A DNA stretch of 64,000 nt from an uncultured Candidatus Saccharibacteria bacterium (lineage in GTDB: Bacteria; Patescibacteriota; Minisyncoccia; Phycocordibacterales; UBA9973): NCBI GenBank assembly GCA_964554645.1, contig CAZKPK010000002.1, forward strand, positions 1,788-65,787, read 5' to 3'. Shown in pieces: positions 25,383 through 35,695 of this stretch. Both the position numbers and the translations under genes were made by a program. The notes beneath the pieces were generated by a model, which was not told the origin of the DNA, did no database searches, and saw only the letters and a list, made by a program, of their open reading frames with translations. Numbering within the stretch: position 1 is the stretch's first letter; every line of letters starts with the position of its first letter.

Positions 25383-27329
25383 ATGCCACTAAATGACGGG
25401 GACAAATTAAACAGAATAGAGGAACTCAAAAGCAAACTTTTTAGTAAAAATTATCAGATAAAAGTAGAGCATCGAGATGGATTTACTCATCCCAAAAGGG
25501 ACGACATACCGGATGTTTGGGAAAATGAAAGGAAAAATGAGATTGATTCCTTTCCATCTCAAGATAGATTTTTTATGAGAACCTCCATATTTAAGAATTT
25601 TTTCATTTTTTCTTTGGCTTTTTTTATTTTAACGATAGGATACGCTTCCTATGTGTTTTTTGCTGGTGGCAATACTGTTTCTAATGATAATATTGACATT
25701 TCTATACTTGGGAATAATTTTACTGCCGGCGGAGAAGATCTTTCGCTTATTGTCGGGATTACTAATAGAAATAATTCTGCATTGGATTTAGTCGATCTTG
25801 TCATGGAGTATCCAAAAAGCTCTTCGAGTTTGGAAACGGATCCGGCGGGAGTGGAGAGATTCCGGGAATCTTTAGGCACGATTCCGACGGGAACCACGCG
25901 CAACGAGAATCTAAAAGTAGTGCTTTTTGGAGAGCAGGGAAGCGTGCGTCCCATAAAAATTTCTATTGAATATCGAGTGGAAGGATCGAACGGCATTTTT
26001 GTGAAAAATAAAACTTTTGAGGTTACGTTAAGCTCTACGCCGCTTAATCTTTCCGTTGACGCTCCTCTGACCGTAAGTCCGAATCAAGATATCACTCTCA
26101 ACGTAAAAACGGCGCTGAATGCCACTCGCACAGTTTCAAAAATACTTCTTAAATTCGATTATCCGGTTGGATTTCAATTTAAATCATCGGTTCCAGCCCC
26201 TTCGCTTGGAAACAATGTTTGGAACTTAGGAGATCTGGCTCCTGGCGCAGAACGCAATATTTCTGTGACTGGCAAGATGTTTGATGTTACCGATGGGGAA
26301 GAAAAGACTTTCCATATATCCAGCGGATCGCAATCAGGCGGAGATAAATCTGTGATTGATGTAGTTTTTAATTCTCTTTCGCACACCGTCACGGTTAAAA
26401 AACCCTTCGTTGAAGCAAAACTTTTTGTGAATGGCATATCTCAGAGAGAATATGCTACGAATACGAAAACCCCGGTCAATGGCGAAATTAGGTGGACAAA
26501 CAATTTGGATACAAAAGTGAATGATTTGGAAATTCGGGCTAAAATTTCCGGGAATGCCGTTGATCGTAAGACGATAAATGCGCAGCAAGGTTTTTATGAT
26601 TCATTAACCGATACAATAACTTGGGACAAAAATTCCAAAAATGGGTTTAATGAAGTGAACCCGGGCGATTCCGGATCTGTAAATTTTTCCGTTTCCCCGC
26701 TTTCTTTATTCTCGGCCGCCGGCGGGATGCTTTCTAATCCCTCTATTAATATAGAAGTTTCTATTTCCGGCAAGCAATTGATTACTGGCTATGCTACGGC
26801 CAACTTGAATAATTCTGATTCTTCAATAATTAGAATTATTTCGGATGTTGGATTTACAGCCCAGGCGCTTTATTATTCGGGATCTTTTACCAACACTGGT
26901 CCCGTGCCTCCGAAAGTCGGAAAAGAAACTTCTTACACCATAGTTTGGTCTCTTTCCAATACAGCCAATAATATTTCAAAAGCGATCGTTCGTTCTACTA
27001 TTCCTTCGTGGATGAAATTTGCCGGTTCAATTTCACCTTCGGCTGAAGATCTAAATTACAATCCTGTTACTAAAGAAATAGTTTGGAATATAAGTGGGAT
27101 ACCAAAGGGGACCGGAATTACCGCGGCCGACCGTAGCGTTTCCTTTCAAGTTGTATTTACCCCCTCCCTTTCTCAAATTCGCACTATGCCAATTATTATA
27201 AATGACGCAATTTTGACTGGACATGACGATTTTGCTAATGTGGATGTGAGAGTGAATAAAGCATCGCTCCGCACGCAACTGGACAATGATCCGCTATTTC
27301 CTCCTAATGGAGGCTCGGTAGTTGAATAA
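25383..27329 (+). CDS. hypothetical membrane-anchored extracellular protein with repeated beta-rich (DUF11/CARDB-like) domains
   Basis: It has a single N-terminal TM helix (IFKNFFIFSLAFFILTIGYASYVFFAG). The remainder has long Ser/Thr/Asn-rich beta-strand character. Confidence 0.45.
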   Translation: MPLNDGDKLNRIEELKSKLFSKNYQIKVEHRDGFTHPKRDDIPDVWENERKNEIDSFPSQDRFFMRTSIFKNFFIFSLAFFILTIGYASYVFFAGGNTVSNDNIDISILGNNFTAGGEDLSLIVGITNRNNSALDLVDLVMEYPKSSSSLETDPAGVERFRESLGTIPTGTTRNENLKVVLFGEQGSVRPIKISIEYRVEGSNGIFVKNKTFEVTLSSTPLNLSVDAPLTVSPNQDITLNVKTALNATRTVSKILLKFDYPVGFQFKSSVPAPSLGNNVWNLGDLAPGAERNISVTGKMFDVTDGEEKTFHISSGSQSGGDKSVIDVVFNSLSHTVTVKKPFVEAKLFVNGISQREYATNTKTPVNGEIRWTNNLDTKVNDLEIRAKISGNAVDRKTINAQQGFYDSLTDTITWDKNSKNGFNEVNPGDSGSVNFSVSPLSLFSAAGGMLSNPSINIEVSISGKQLITGYATANLNNSDSSIIRIISDVGFTAQALYYSGSFTNTGPVPPKVGKETSYTIVWSLSNTANNISKAIVRSTIPSWMKFAGSISPSAEDLNYNPVTKEIVWNISGIPKGTGITAADRSVSFQVVFTPSLSQIRTMPIIINDAILTGHDDFANVDVRVNKASLRTQLDNDPLFPPNGGSVVE

Positions 27330-27332
27330 TTT

Positions 27333-28586
27333 ATGTTAAAAAACAATAAAAAGGAAAATGATTTGATGGAAAAAATAGTTTCGCTTTGTAAAAGGCGCGG
27401 TTTCGTTTTTGCTGGTTCAGAGATTTACGGAGGGCTCGCAGGCACTTATGATTGGGGGCATTACGGGGTTGCTTTGAAAAATAATATCAAGCAAAGTTGG
27501 TGGAAAAAATTTGTGGATGGCCGGAGAGACATATACGGCATAGATACAGCAATTTTAATGAGTAGTAAAGTTTGGGAAGCCGCAGGGCATGTGGCCAATT
27601 TTGCGGATCCGCTTGATGGTAAGCAATTCAATACAATGCTTCAGACGTCTGTCGGGGCGAAAAAAGATGAAATTGCAATTTCTTACTTGCGTCCAGAAAC
27701 AGCCCAGGGAATGTTTGTAAATTTCAAGAATATTATTGATGCCCTGCATCCTAAATTACCTTTCGGAATGGCGCAGATAGGCAAAGCGTTTAGGAACGAA
27801 ATAGCGCCTCGAGATTTTCTTTTTCGCCAACGAGAATTTGAACAAATGGAAATTGAGTATTTTATAAGACAAGAAGATTGGGAAAAATATTTTGAATATT
27901 GGAAAAGCGAGATGCTTGATTGGATGGAGGAAATTGGGCTTGATCTGGCAAAGATTCACGAGTTGGAAGTGCCATCTCTGGATCGCGCTCATTATTCTAA
28001 AAGAACAATTGACTTTGAATTTGATTATCCTTTTGGCAGAAAAGAACTTTTTGGTCTTGCTTATAGAGCGGATTTTGATTTAAAGAATCACCAGCTTGAA
28101 TACATAGATGAACCCTCCGACGCTGAAGCTAAGACGGGCAATGGAAAAAGCGAGAAAATAATTCCGCATGTTATAGAACCGACTTTTGGTGTTGATCGCG
28201 CCGTGCTCGCGTTGCTTCTTTCTGTTTATGCTGAGGATGAGAAAGATGGAGAGATGCGTTCATATTTAAAATTTAAACCTTCCATTGCGCCAGTTATATG
28301 CGCCGTTTCGCCATTACTTAAAAATAAACCAGAGCTTGTAGAATATGCCAATACTAAAATCTATGCCCCGCTTAAAGCAGAATTCGGACGGGTAGCATGG
28401 GACGATAATGGCAATATTGGAAAACGCTATCGCCGACAAGACGAAATCGGTACGCCATTTTGCATTGTGGTAGACTTTGATACGCTGACAGATAATATGG
28501 TAACAGTCCGCGATCGCGATACGGGGAAGCAAGAAAGAATAAAAGTGGAAGATTTAAAGAAATATATCAAAGAAAAAATAATTTAA
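27333..28586 (+). CDS. glyQS: glycine--tRNA ligase (dimeric class II type)
   Basis: The N-terminus reads RRGFVFAGSEIYGGLAGTYDWGHYGVALKNNIKQSW, the GlyRS signature. Class II motifs are present and the length is 417 aa. Confidence 0.8.
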   Translation: MLKNNKKENDLMEKIVSLCKRRGFVFAGSEIYGGLAGTYDWGHYGVALKNNIKQSWWKKFVDGRRDIYGIDTAILMSSKVWEAAGHVANFADPLDGKQFNTMLQTSVGAKKDEIAISYLRPETAQGMFVNFKNIIDALHPKLPFGMAQIGKAFRNEIAPRDFLFRQREFEQMEIEYFIRQEDWEKYFEYWKSEMLDWMEEIGLDLAKIHELEVPSLDRAHYSKRTIDFEFDYPFGRKELFGLAYRADFDLKNHQLEYIDEPSDAEAKTGNGKSEKIIPHVIEPTFGVDRAVLALLLSVYAEDEKDGEMRSYLKFKPSIAPVICAVSPLLKNKPELVEYANTKIYAPLKAEFGRVAWDDNGNIGKRYRRQDEIGTPFCIVVDFDTLTDNMVTVRDRDTGKQERIKVEDLKKYIKEKII

Positions 28587-29086
28587 TGACAACTTGCACT
28601 TTAGGATTTTTATTTAAAAATGGGAAGATAATTCTCGCAAAAAAGAAGCGTAAATTTGGTGTAGATAAATGGAATGGATACGGAGGTGTAATGGAAAAAG
28701 GGGAAACAAAAGCAAAATGTCTTGCGCGTGAGACGAAAGAAGAATGTGGAGTGATTATTAGGTTAGAGAAATGTAAAGAATTGGGATATATAGTTTTCTC
28801 TTTTGAAGGCAAAAGTGAACGAGATATGAAGGTATATATGTATCGGGTAGATGAATTTTTGGGCGAACCAGAGGAATCAGAAGAAATGGGTGAGCCAAGA
28901 GAATTTGATGTGGATAAAATTCCATATAATGAAATGATAGTCGGGGATGATAAATTTATTCCCTTTGTTGTTGAGGGTAAAAAATTTGAAGGTAGGATTT
29001 ATTTTTCGGAAAATGGAGAAAAATTGCTAAGGTATAAGGTCTTTGAAATAAAAAACGATAAAGACAATGAAATTAAATTAAAATAA
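28586..29086 (+). CDS. NUDIX hydrolase
   Basis: It has the Nudix box GGVMEKGETKAKCLARETKEECGV. Confidence 0.8.
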   Translation: MTTCTLGFLFKNGKIILAKKKRKFGVDKWNGYGGVMEKGETKAKCLARETKEECGVIIRLEKCKELGYIVFSFEGKSERDMKVYMYRVDEFLGEPEESEEMGEPREFDVDKIPYNEMIVGDDKFIPFVVEGKKFEGRIYFSENGEKLLRYKVFEIKNDKDNEIKLK

Positions 29087-29127
29087 TTAAGTTATTTTAT
29101 TTTAATTTAATTTCATTGTCTTTATTC

Positions 29128-29152
29128 ACGCTATAGCGTAATAATAGACAAT
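29128..29152. promoter_or_regulatory. 5'-side copy of the paralog-specific direct repeat ACGCTATAGCGTnnTnATAGACAAT (palindromic CGCTATAGCG core) for PaaX-like paralog 3, overlapping its promoter
   Basis: It sits immediately upstream of an extended -10 (ttgTATAAT at 29154-29162). It is repeated at 29786-29810. Confidence 0.55.
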
Positions 29153-29153
29153 C

Positions 29154-29753
29154 TTGTATAATGTAAATATGGGGAAATTGGAAAAAGAATTTAAGAAAAG
29201 GGAAAGAAAGGCTAATATTCAAAAGATTATTCTTTCAAGTATTGCCACAGTTGGACTTTTGAGTGTGGCAGTTTTGGCGCCGAATGCTCTACAGGCTTTA
29301 AAATTTTTCGGTATTGAACCAAAAAGTAAATGGCAAAAATATAATATTAATCACAGCGTTAAAAGATTGAAAGATCATGGTCTTATCTGTTTTGAAACAA
29401 CCAGTAGGGGGACTTTTACGCGCCTTACTCCAAAAGGGGAAGATAAGTTGAGAAAATTTAGACTTTTAGGTTATAAACTTAAGAAACCAAGAAAGTGGGA
29501 TAAAAAATGGCGTATGCTTATTTTTGATATCAAGGAAAAAAGAAAGGGAACAAGAGATAAAATTCGCTTTACCTTAAAAAGAATTGGATTTTTGCGTCTT
29601 CAAGATAGTGTTTGGGTTTATCCTTATGACTGCGAAGATCTAGTAACTCTAATGAAAGCTGATTTTAAAATCGGAAAGGATTTACTTTATTTAATAGTTG
29701 ATACCATTGAAGGGGATACAAAAATAAAAAATTATTTTAAACTTCCTATTTAA
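29154..29753 (+). CDS. PaaX-like winged-helix transcriptional regulator (paralog 3 of 4); the track start is a TTG, and a more likely ATG lies at 29169 (possibly leaderless)
   Basis: It has the family motif WDKKWRMLIFDIKEKRKGTRDKIRFTLKRIGFLRLQDSVWVYPYD. Confidence 0.6.
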   Translation: MYNVNMGKLEKEFKKRERKANIQKIILSSIATVGLLSVAVLAPNALQALKFFGIEPKSKWQKYNINHSVKRLKDHGLICFETTSRGTFTRLTPKGEDKLRKFRLLGYKLKKPRKWDKKWRMLIFDIKEKRKGTRDKIRFTLKRIGFLRLQDSVWVYPYDCEDLVTLMKADFKIGKDLLYLIVDTIEGDTKIKNYFKLPI

Positions 29754-29785
29754 TAATTAATTTAATATTATTATTGTTTATAATT

Positions 29786-29810
29786 ACGCTATAGCGTGGT
29801 GATAGACAAT
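29786..29810. promoter_or_regulatory. 3'-side copy of the paralog-3 repeat, about 60 nt upstream of the downstream NUDIX gene and followed by a tagaat -10-like hexamer
   Basis: See the entry for 29128-29152. Confidence 0.55.
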
Positions 29811-29873
29811 ATTTAGAATATTTAGTTTACCTTTCCATTGATAATTATGTCTATTTTGTGATATATTTTATTC

Positions 29874-30305
29874 ATGCAAAAGGGAATTGATTACATTGGA
29901 ATTTCTGTGGTTTATTTTTGCCACGACGGCAATGGTAAGGTATTGTTGGCTAAAAGGGGAAAAAACGCCAGAGATGAACGAGGTAATTGGGATATAGGGG
30001 GAGGTGGAGTGGAGTTTGGAGATACCGCTACCAATACTTTAAGAAAAGAAATCAAGGAAGAATATTGTACCGATGTTTTGGATTATAAATTTCTGGGATA
30101 TCGAGACGTGCATAGAGAACAGAACGGCAAAAAAACTCACTGGATTACACTTGATTTCAAAGTTTTCGTTGATCCCAAAAAAGTAGAAAATGGCGAACCG
30201 CATAAATTTGATGCTTTAGAATGGTTTACGTTGGAAAATCTACCTTCACCAATACATTCTCAGTTGCCAAATTTTTTAAAATTATATAAAGATAAATTAA
30301 AATAA
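29874..30305 (+). CDS. NUDIX hydrolase (MutT-like)
   Basis: It has the Nudix box GGGVEFGDTATNTLRKEIKEEYC. Confidence 0.8.
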   Translation: MQKGIDYIGISVVYFCHDGNGKVLLAKRGKNARDERGNWDIGGGGVEFGDTATNTLRKEIKEEYCTDVLDYKFLGYRDVHREQNGKKTHWITLDFKVFVDPKKVENGEPHKFDALEWFTLENLPSPIHSQLPNFLKLYKDKLK

Positions 30306-30316
30306 AATTTTTAATC

Positions 30317-31585
30317 ATGAAATTTTCAAAAAAATTTTTAAAGAATGGACTGCGGGTAATTACTGTGCCAATGAAAGACAATCCGACAGTGACAGTACTG
30401 GTTTTGGTGGAAACCGGCTCCAAATATGAAACCAAAAAAATAAATGGCATTTCACACTTTTTGGAGCATATGTGTTTTAAAGGCACTATTAAAAGGCCAA
30501 AAGCAGTTGATATTTCAAAGGAATTAGACGCGTTGGGTAGTCAATACAATGCTTTTACGGCGCAAGAATATACGGGATATTATGCCAAATCTGATGCTCG
30601 GCATTTTGAGCGGATTTTTGATATTGTTTCCGATATCTATTTAAATTCCATTTTCCCTCCGGCTGAAGTGCAAAAAGAAAAGGGCGTGATCATAGAGGAA
30701 ATAAACATGTACGAAGATATGCCACAGAAGCATGTGCAGGACCTGATGATGAAATTGCTATATGGAGATCAGCCGGCCGGCTGGAATATTGCCGGAGAAA
30801 AGAAAAATATTTTGAATATGAAACGGGATGATTTCGTTAATTATCACCAGAAACATTATTTGCCAGAGGCTACTGTGCTAGTGGTTGCGGGGCAGGTGAC
30901 CGAAAAGCAAGTGATGAGCGAGGTAAATAAAATTTTTGGAAAAATTCAACATGGAAAGAAAGGGGCGAAGGTCAAAGTAAAAGAAAAACAGACAAAACCG
31001 CAAGTATTAATTAATTATAAAAAAACGGATCAGACACATTTTGTTTTTGGGATACGCACTTATGATTTATTCAGCCGGCAAAATGCGATTTTGTCCGTGC
31101 TTGGCGGAATCCTTGGCGGAGGAATGAGTTCTCGGCTTTTTGTGAAGCTTCGTGAAGAGATGGGCGTTGGCTATTATGTTCGGGCCTATAACGATTCTTT
31201 TACCGATCATGGATTTTTTCAAATCTCTGCCGGAGTGGATAATAAAAGAATCAACGAAGTATTACAGGCCGTGCTTCTTGAATGCAAAAAATTAAAAGTT
31301 GCATTAGTAAGTGAGGAAGAATTAAGCAAAGTTAAAGAGTGCTTGATAGGCAACATGAAGCTCTCTCTTGAGTCGAGCGATGACATTGCCAATTTTTACG
31401 GCGGGCAGGAACTTTTGAAACGCGAAATAGATGGAGCGCAAGAGAAAGCGAAAAAAATACGCAAAGTTACGACGAGTCAAATCCAAACTCTCGCCAAAGA
31501 TATTTTTAAAAACGATAGGCTTAACTTAGCGCTGATCGGTCCTTTTAGAGAAAAAGCTAAGTTTTTGAAGATACTGAAATTGTAA
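30317..31585 (+). CDS. M16-family (pitrilysin/insulinase-like) zinc peptidase
   Basis: It has the inverted zinc-binding motif HFLEHMCFKGT (HxxEH). Confidence 0.8.
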   Translation: MKFSKKFLKNGLRVITVPMKDNPTVTVLVLVETGSKYETKKINGISHFLEHMCFKGTIKRPKAVDISKELDALGSQYNAFTAQEYTGYYAKSDARHFERIFDIVSDIYLNSIFPPAEVQKEKGVIIEEINMYEDMPQKHVQDLMMKLLYGDQPAGWNIAGEKKNILNMKRDDFVNYHQKHYLPEATVLVVAGQVTEKQVMSEVNKIFGKIQHGKKGAKVKVKEKQTKPQVLINYKKTDQTHFVFGIRTYDLFSRQNAILSVLGGILGGGMSSRLFVKLREEMGVGYYVRAYNDSFTDHGFFQISAGVDNKRINEVLQAVLLECKKLKVALVSEEELSKVKECLIGNMKLSLESSDDIANFYGGQELLKREIDGAQEKAKKIRKVTTSQIQTLAKDIFKNDRLNLALIGPFREKAKFLKILKL

Positions 31586-31622
31586 TCTTTCTCTGCGAGT
31601 AGTTTTGTGGTAATATACTTCT

Positions 31623-32696
31623 ATGTTTGAAAAGAGCAATACCACTTCTATTTCTATAACTACGGGTACAATGGTCCGAGCCGTTTTAGTGCTTCTCTCT
31701 GTTTTTTTATTATGGTTTTTGCGGGATTTAGCCTTGGTGCTTTTAACGGCTATTGTCATCGCTTCTTTTGTCGAGTCAGCGGTTCCTTATTTTGGCAGAA
31801 TAGGAATTAATCGGGTATTTGGAATTGTAGTCTTATACGCCACATCGCTTTTTGCTTTAGCCGGAGTATTTTATCTTTTTGCTCCCCTTTTGATAACTGA
31901 AGTTTATAATTTTTCTACTTTCATTTCAACTTATATTCCGGGTGTTTCCTTTCTAAATTATTTCCAAGATGAAGCATTTTCTGGCGCCAAGGACATAGTG
32001 AGTTCTCTAGGAAACGATTTTTCGTTAGCCGCACTGTTTTCAGTATCCAAAGCTTTTGTCTTGAATATCTCTGGGGGATTTTTTCAAACACTTTCTATCG
32101 CTTTCGGAAGCGTCTTTAATTTCATACTGATTGTCCTTATTTCTTTTTATCTTTCAATTCAAGAAAGAGGAATAGAAAATTTTCTTCGGCTTATTTTTCC
32201 GGCTCAGCATGAGGATTATGTGGTGGATCTTTGGGAGCGTTCTCGCCGAAAAATTGCCTTATGGATGAAAGGGCAGATGGTTCTGGGAGTGGTTGTAGCG
32301 GTTCTCATCTATTTAATACTTTCCCTTTTAGGCATAGAATATGCGCTTCTTTTGGCCATTATCGCGGGAGTAATGGAAATTATTCCTTATGGCATCTGGG
32401 TTGCCATGATTCCTGCTTTTACCTTTTCTTATCTTTCCGGAGGAATATCCAGCGCGTTGATGGTCGCCGGAGCTTATTTGATTATTCATCAATTTGAAGT
32501 TTTTCTTTTTGCCCCGCTTATTATTAAAAAAATAGTTGGCCTTTCGCCGATTGTCATTATCCTGTCTGCTTTGATTGGTTTCGAATTGGGCGGATTCTGG
32601 GGATTGGTGCTGGCTATTCCGGTCGCTGTTATCGTGATGGAATTTTTGAGTGATATTGAAAAGAATAAAACTTTAGCTCGAACCAGCACTAAATAA
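31623..32696 (+). CDS. AI-2E family transporter (PerM/UPF0118-like) membrane protein
   Basis: It is polytopic and has the characteristic length and helix pattern of the family (...ALWMKGQMVLGVVVAVL...). Confidence 0.6.
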   Translation: MFEKSNTTSISITTGTMVRAVLVLLSVFLLWFLRDLALVLLTAIVIASFVESAVPYFGRIGINRVFGIVVLYATSLFALAGVFYLFAPLLITEVYNFSTFISTYIPGVSFLNYFQDEAFSGAKDIVSSLGNDFSLAALFSVSKAFVLNISGGFFQTLSIAFGSVFNFILIVLISFYLSIQERGIENFLRLIFPAQHEDYVVDLWERSRRKIALWMKGQMVLGVVVAVLIYLILSLLGIEYALLLAIIAGVMEIIPYGIWVAMIPAFTFSYLSGGISSALMVAGAYLIIHQFEVFLFAPLIIKKIVGLSPIVIILSALIGFELGGFWGLVLAIPVAVIVMEFLSDIEKNKTLARTSTK

Positions 32697-34150
32697 TGAC
32701 AAAAAAAAATCCTTTCTATATTACGACCACGATTCCTTATGTGAATGCGGATCCCCATATCGGTTTTGCGCTGGAGCTGGTGCAATCAGACGCTATCGCG
32801 CGCTATCAGCGAATCATCGGGCGCGAAGTTTTTTTTAGTACAGGTACGGATGAGCACGGTCAAAAAATCTGGGAGGCAAGTCAGAAAGAAGGCAAGACCG
32901 TTCAAGATTATGTGGATTATTATGCGAAAAAATTTTTAGATCTTAAAAATATATTAAATCTTTCGTATGATAATTTTATTCGAACCATAAACCCTCTCCA
33001 CATTCAGGCAGTGCAAGAATTTTGGCGTTTATGTTTTGAGCAAGGTGATATTTATAAAAAAAAATACAAAGGGCTTTACTGCGTCGGATGCGAGAAATTT
33101 ATTACTGAAAAAGACTTGATTGACGGCAAGTGTTTATTGCATCCTCTCCAAAAGCCGGAAGTGGTCGAAGAAGAGAATTATTTTTTTAAATTAACGAACT
33201 ATCGGAAAAAGCTTCTGGAATACTTGTCAAAGGAAAAAGTTATTATTCCAGAATGGCGCAGGATTGAAGCGATTGATTTTGTGAAAGATGGGATGGAGGA
33301 TTTTTCAATTTCTCGCAGCAAAGAGCGTTTTTCTTGGGGTGTGCCGATCCCGGGAGACGAGAGTCAAATTATGTATGTCTGGTTTGATGCATTTATAAAT
33401 TATATTTCAACATTAGGCTGGCCTCGGTCCGCTGAAGCCTCCGGCGAAGGAGACCTCGATAATCTTTTTGAAAAGTTTTGGATCAACGGAGAAAAAGTCC
33501 AAACGGCTGGCAAAGATATGGTCAAATTTCAGTCAGTGATGTGGCAGGGGATGTTAATGTCCGCTGGTTTGCCGACAACAGATAAAATTGTCTACCACGG
33601 TTTTATTACCGGCGAGGGCGGAATTAAAATGTCTAAATCTATCGGAAATGTAATTAACCCAAACGACATTGTGAAAGAATATGGCACCGATGCCTTGCGG
33701 TATTTTCTTTTGCGCGAGATTTCTCCTTTTGAAGACAGTCCGTTTACGATGGAACGTTTCAAGGATGCTTACAACGCAAATTTAGCAAATGGGCTGGGGA
33801 ATTTGGTGAGTCGGATCTTAACAATGGCAGAAAATTATAATGTGTCTCTCATTGACTCAATATTTGACCGTACTGATTTGGATATTCAAGATTTTGATGT
33901 AAAAAAATACATGGATAAAATTTGGATAAAAATTCAGGAAGCAGATAAGAAAATTCAGGAAAAAGAGCCATACAAATTATTTAAAACCAAAAAAGATTTC
34001 GCAATCGAAATTGTTTCTGATTTATGTACCGATTTATCTATCATTGCAAAATTACTTCTTCCGACAATGCCAGAGACTGCAGAAAAGATACTTTATTATC
34101 TAAAAGAAAACAAAAAACCGGAAAAACCTTTATTTTTGCGCAAAGACTAA
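32696..34150 (+). CDS. metG: methionine--tRNA ligase
   Basis: It has the class I signature PYVNADPHIGF, a zinc-knuckle (CVGCEKF...CLLH) and a KMSKS motif (IKMSKSIGN). Confidence 0.85.
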   Translation: MTKKNPFYITTTIPYVNADPHIGFALELVQSDAIARYQRIIGREVFFSTGTDEHGQKIWEASQKEGKTVQDYVDYYAKKFLDLKNILNLSYDNFIRTINPLHIQAVQEFWRLCFEQGDIYKKKYKGLYCVGCEKFITEKDLIDGKCLLHPLQKPEVVEEENYFFKLTNYRKKLLEYLSKEKVIIPEWRRIEAIDFVKDGMEDFSISRSKERFSWGVPIPGDESQIMYVWFDAFINYISTLGWPRSAEASGEGDLDNLFEKFWINGEKVQTAGKDMVKFQSVMWQGMLMSAGLPTTDKIVYHGFITGEGGIKMSKSIGNVINPNDIVKEYGTDALRYFLLREISPFEDSPFTMERFKDAYNANLANGLGNLVSRILTMAENYNVSLIDSIFDRTDLDIQDFDVKKYMDKIWIKIQEADKKIQEKEPYKLFKTKKDFAIEIVSDLCTDLSIIAKLLLPTMPETAEKILYYLKENKKPEKPLFLRKD

Positions 34151-34151
34151 T

Positions 34152-34994
34152 ATGCAATCCAAATACATAGACATCCATAGCCATCTTAATTTCAAGGCTT
34201 TTGACGAAGACAGAGACGAGGTCATAAAACGCGCCTTAGATAATGATACTTGGGTGATAAATGTCGGCACGCAAATGGATACTTCCAAAAAAGCGGTGGA
34301 GATGGCGAATCAGTATCAAGCGGGAGTCTACGCGATTATCGGATTGCATCCTATCCATACCGGAGCGTCTTATCACGATGAAAAAGAACTTGGTTTTGGC
34401 GGAAAAGAATTTACTTCTCGCGGAGAAGTTTTTAACAAAAAAATTTACCGAGAACTTTTGCAAGATAAAAAGGTGGTCGGGATAGGAGAGTGCGGACTCG
34501 ATTATTATCGAATGGATTCTGAATCAATTGAAAAACAAAAAAAAGCATTTATAGAACAAATAGAACTGGCGAACGAATTTAACAAACCTCTAATGTTGCA
34601 TCTACGCCATGGCGTAGATCATATAGAGCATAATGCGTACGTTGATGCATTGGAAATTTTAAAAAAATGTTCGAGAGTGAGAGGCAACGTTCATTTTTTT
34701 GCCGGGACTTGGATTGAGGCAAAAGCCTTTTTGAATTTCGGTTTTTCTCTTTCTTTTACTGGGGTGATAACTTTCACGCATGATTATGATGAAGTTATAA
34801 AAAATACTCCTCTTGAGATGATTATGTCAGAAACAGATTCTCCCTATGTTGCTCCTATTCCATACCGAGGAAAGCGCAACGAACCCTCTTATGTCAGAGA
34901 AATTGTTAAAAAGATTGCCGAAATAAAAAATTTATCTGAAAAAGAAGTAGCCGAAGCGATTGTCGGGAATGCCAGGCGAATATTTGCTATTTGA
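34152..34994 (+). CDS. tatD: TatD-family metal-dependent deoxyribonuclease
   Basis: It has IDIHSHLNF and GECGLDY, plus the conserved His/Asp positions. Confidence 0.8.
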   Translation: MQSKYIDIHSHLNFKAFDEDRDEVIKRALDNDTWVINVGTQMDTSKKAVEMANQYQAGVYAIIGLHPIHTGASYHDEKELGFGGKEFTSRGEVFNKKIYRELLQDKKVVGIGECGLDYYRMDSESIEKQKKAFIEQIELANEFNKPLMLHLRHGVDHIEHNAYVDALEILKKCSRVRGNVHFFAGTWIEAKAFLNFGFSLSFTGVITFTHDYDEVIKNTPLEMIMSETDSPYVAPIPYRGKRNEPSYVREIVKKIAEIKNLSEKEVAEAIVGNARRIFAI

Positions 34995-35027
34995 GAGGAT
35001 TTTTGATATCATTCCAAAATAGCAGAA

Positions 35028-35516
35028 ATGGAAAATGATACGTTAAAAGAAGAACAGGAGGGAGTAAGCAGAGTTTATGAGCTTGGCTATCTTTTAGTGC
35101 CGACGATTAAGGAAGAAGATGTCTCGGTTAATTATGGCAACCTTAAAGAACTTATTTCTTCTTTCGGTAGCGAGATTATAACGGACGAGATGCCGAAAAT
35201 GATCAACCTCGCTTATTCTGTGCGGAAAGTCATATCTAATGTACGCAGTAATTTTAATAAGGCATATTTTGGCTGGACCAAATTTACGATGAACGGAGAA
35301 CAAGTTTTGGAGCTGAAAAAGAATCTTAATCTCAATCCCAATTTTATTCGATTTTTGATATTGAAAACAGTAAAAGAAAACACTATCGCTGCAAAGAGAT
35401 TTGTTCGCGGGGAAATATACAGAAAGCCAAAGTTGAAAAATATAGAAGACGAAACTGTTGTTCCTATTAATAAAGAAGAAATAGATAAAGAGATAGACGC
35501 ATTAGTAGCAGTTTAG
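35028..35516 (+). CDS. rpsF: 30S ribosomal protein S6
   Basis: It has the S6 fold pattern (YELGYLLVP...LAYSVRK...). The conserved rpsF-ssb-rpsR gene order supports the call. Confidence 0.65.
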   Translation: MENDTLKEEQEGVSRVYELGYLLVPTIKEEDVSVNYGNLKELISSFGSEIITDEMPKMINLAYSVRKVISNVRSNFNKAYFGWTKFTMNGEQVLELKKNLNLNPNFIRFLILKTVKENTIAAKRFVRGEIYRKPKLKNIEDETVVPINKEEIDKEIDALVAV

Positions 35517-35553
35517 GTGAAAATCAATGAACGAAGTGAATATGATTTTCCCT

Positions 35554-35656
35554 ATCCAGCTCCACTTTTAACATTAACATTTATTGAACAATTAAAATTT
35601 TACAAGCAATGAACTTTAGGTTATAATCAGATTAATTGTTAAAAGTGGGGCTGGAT
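35554..35656. promoter_or_regulatory. 19-bp inverted-repeat arms (35554-35572 and 35638-35656) enclosing a strong sigma70-like promoter (TTACAA-16 nt-TATAAT) for ssb
   Basis: atccagctccacttttaac pairs with gttaaaagtggggctggat with one mismatch. The promoter hexamers lie in the 65-nt spacer. Confidence 0.5.
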
Positions 35657-35695
35657 GACGATTTTTATAGTCATTTCATTCCTTAAAAATCAGCC

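Noticed and set aside
15306-29753. N-terminal hydrophobic stretches of the PaaX-like proteins as transmembrane anchors
   Set aside because: From memory, the corresponding region of PaaX is part of the soluble N-terminal wHTH domain. Hydrophobicity alone is insufficient, and the 37187 paralog lacks it.
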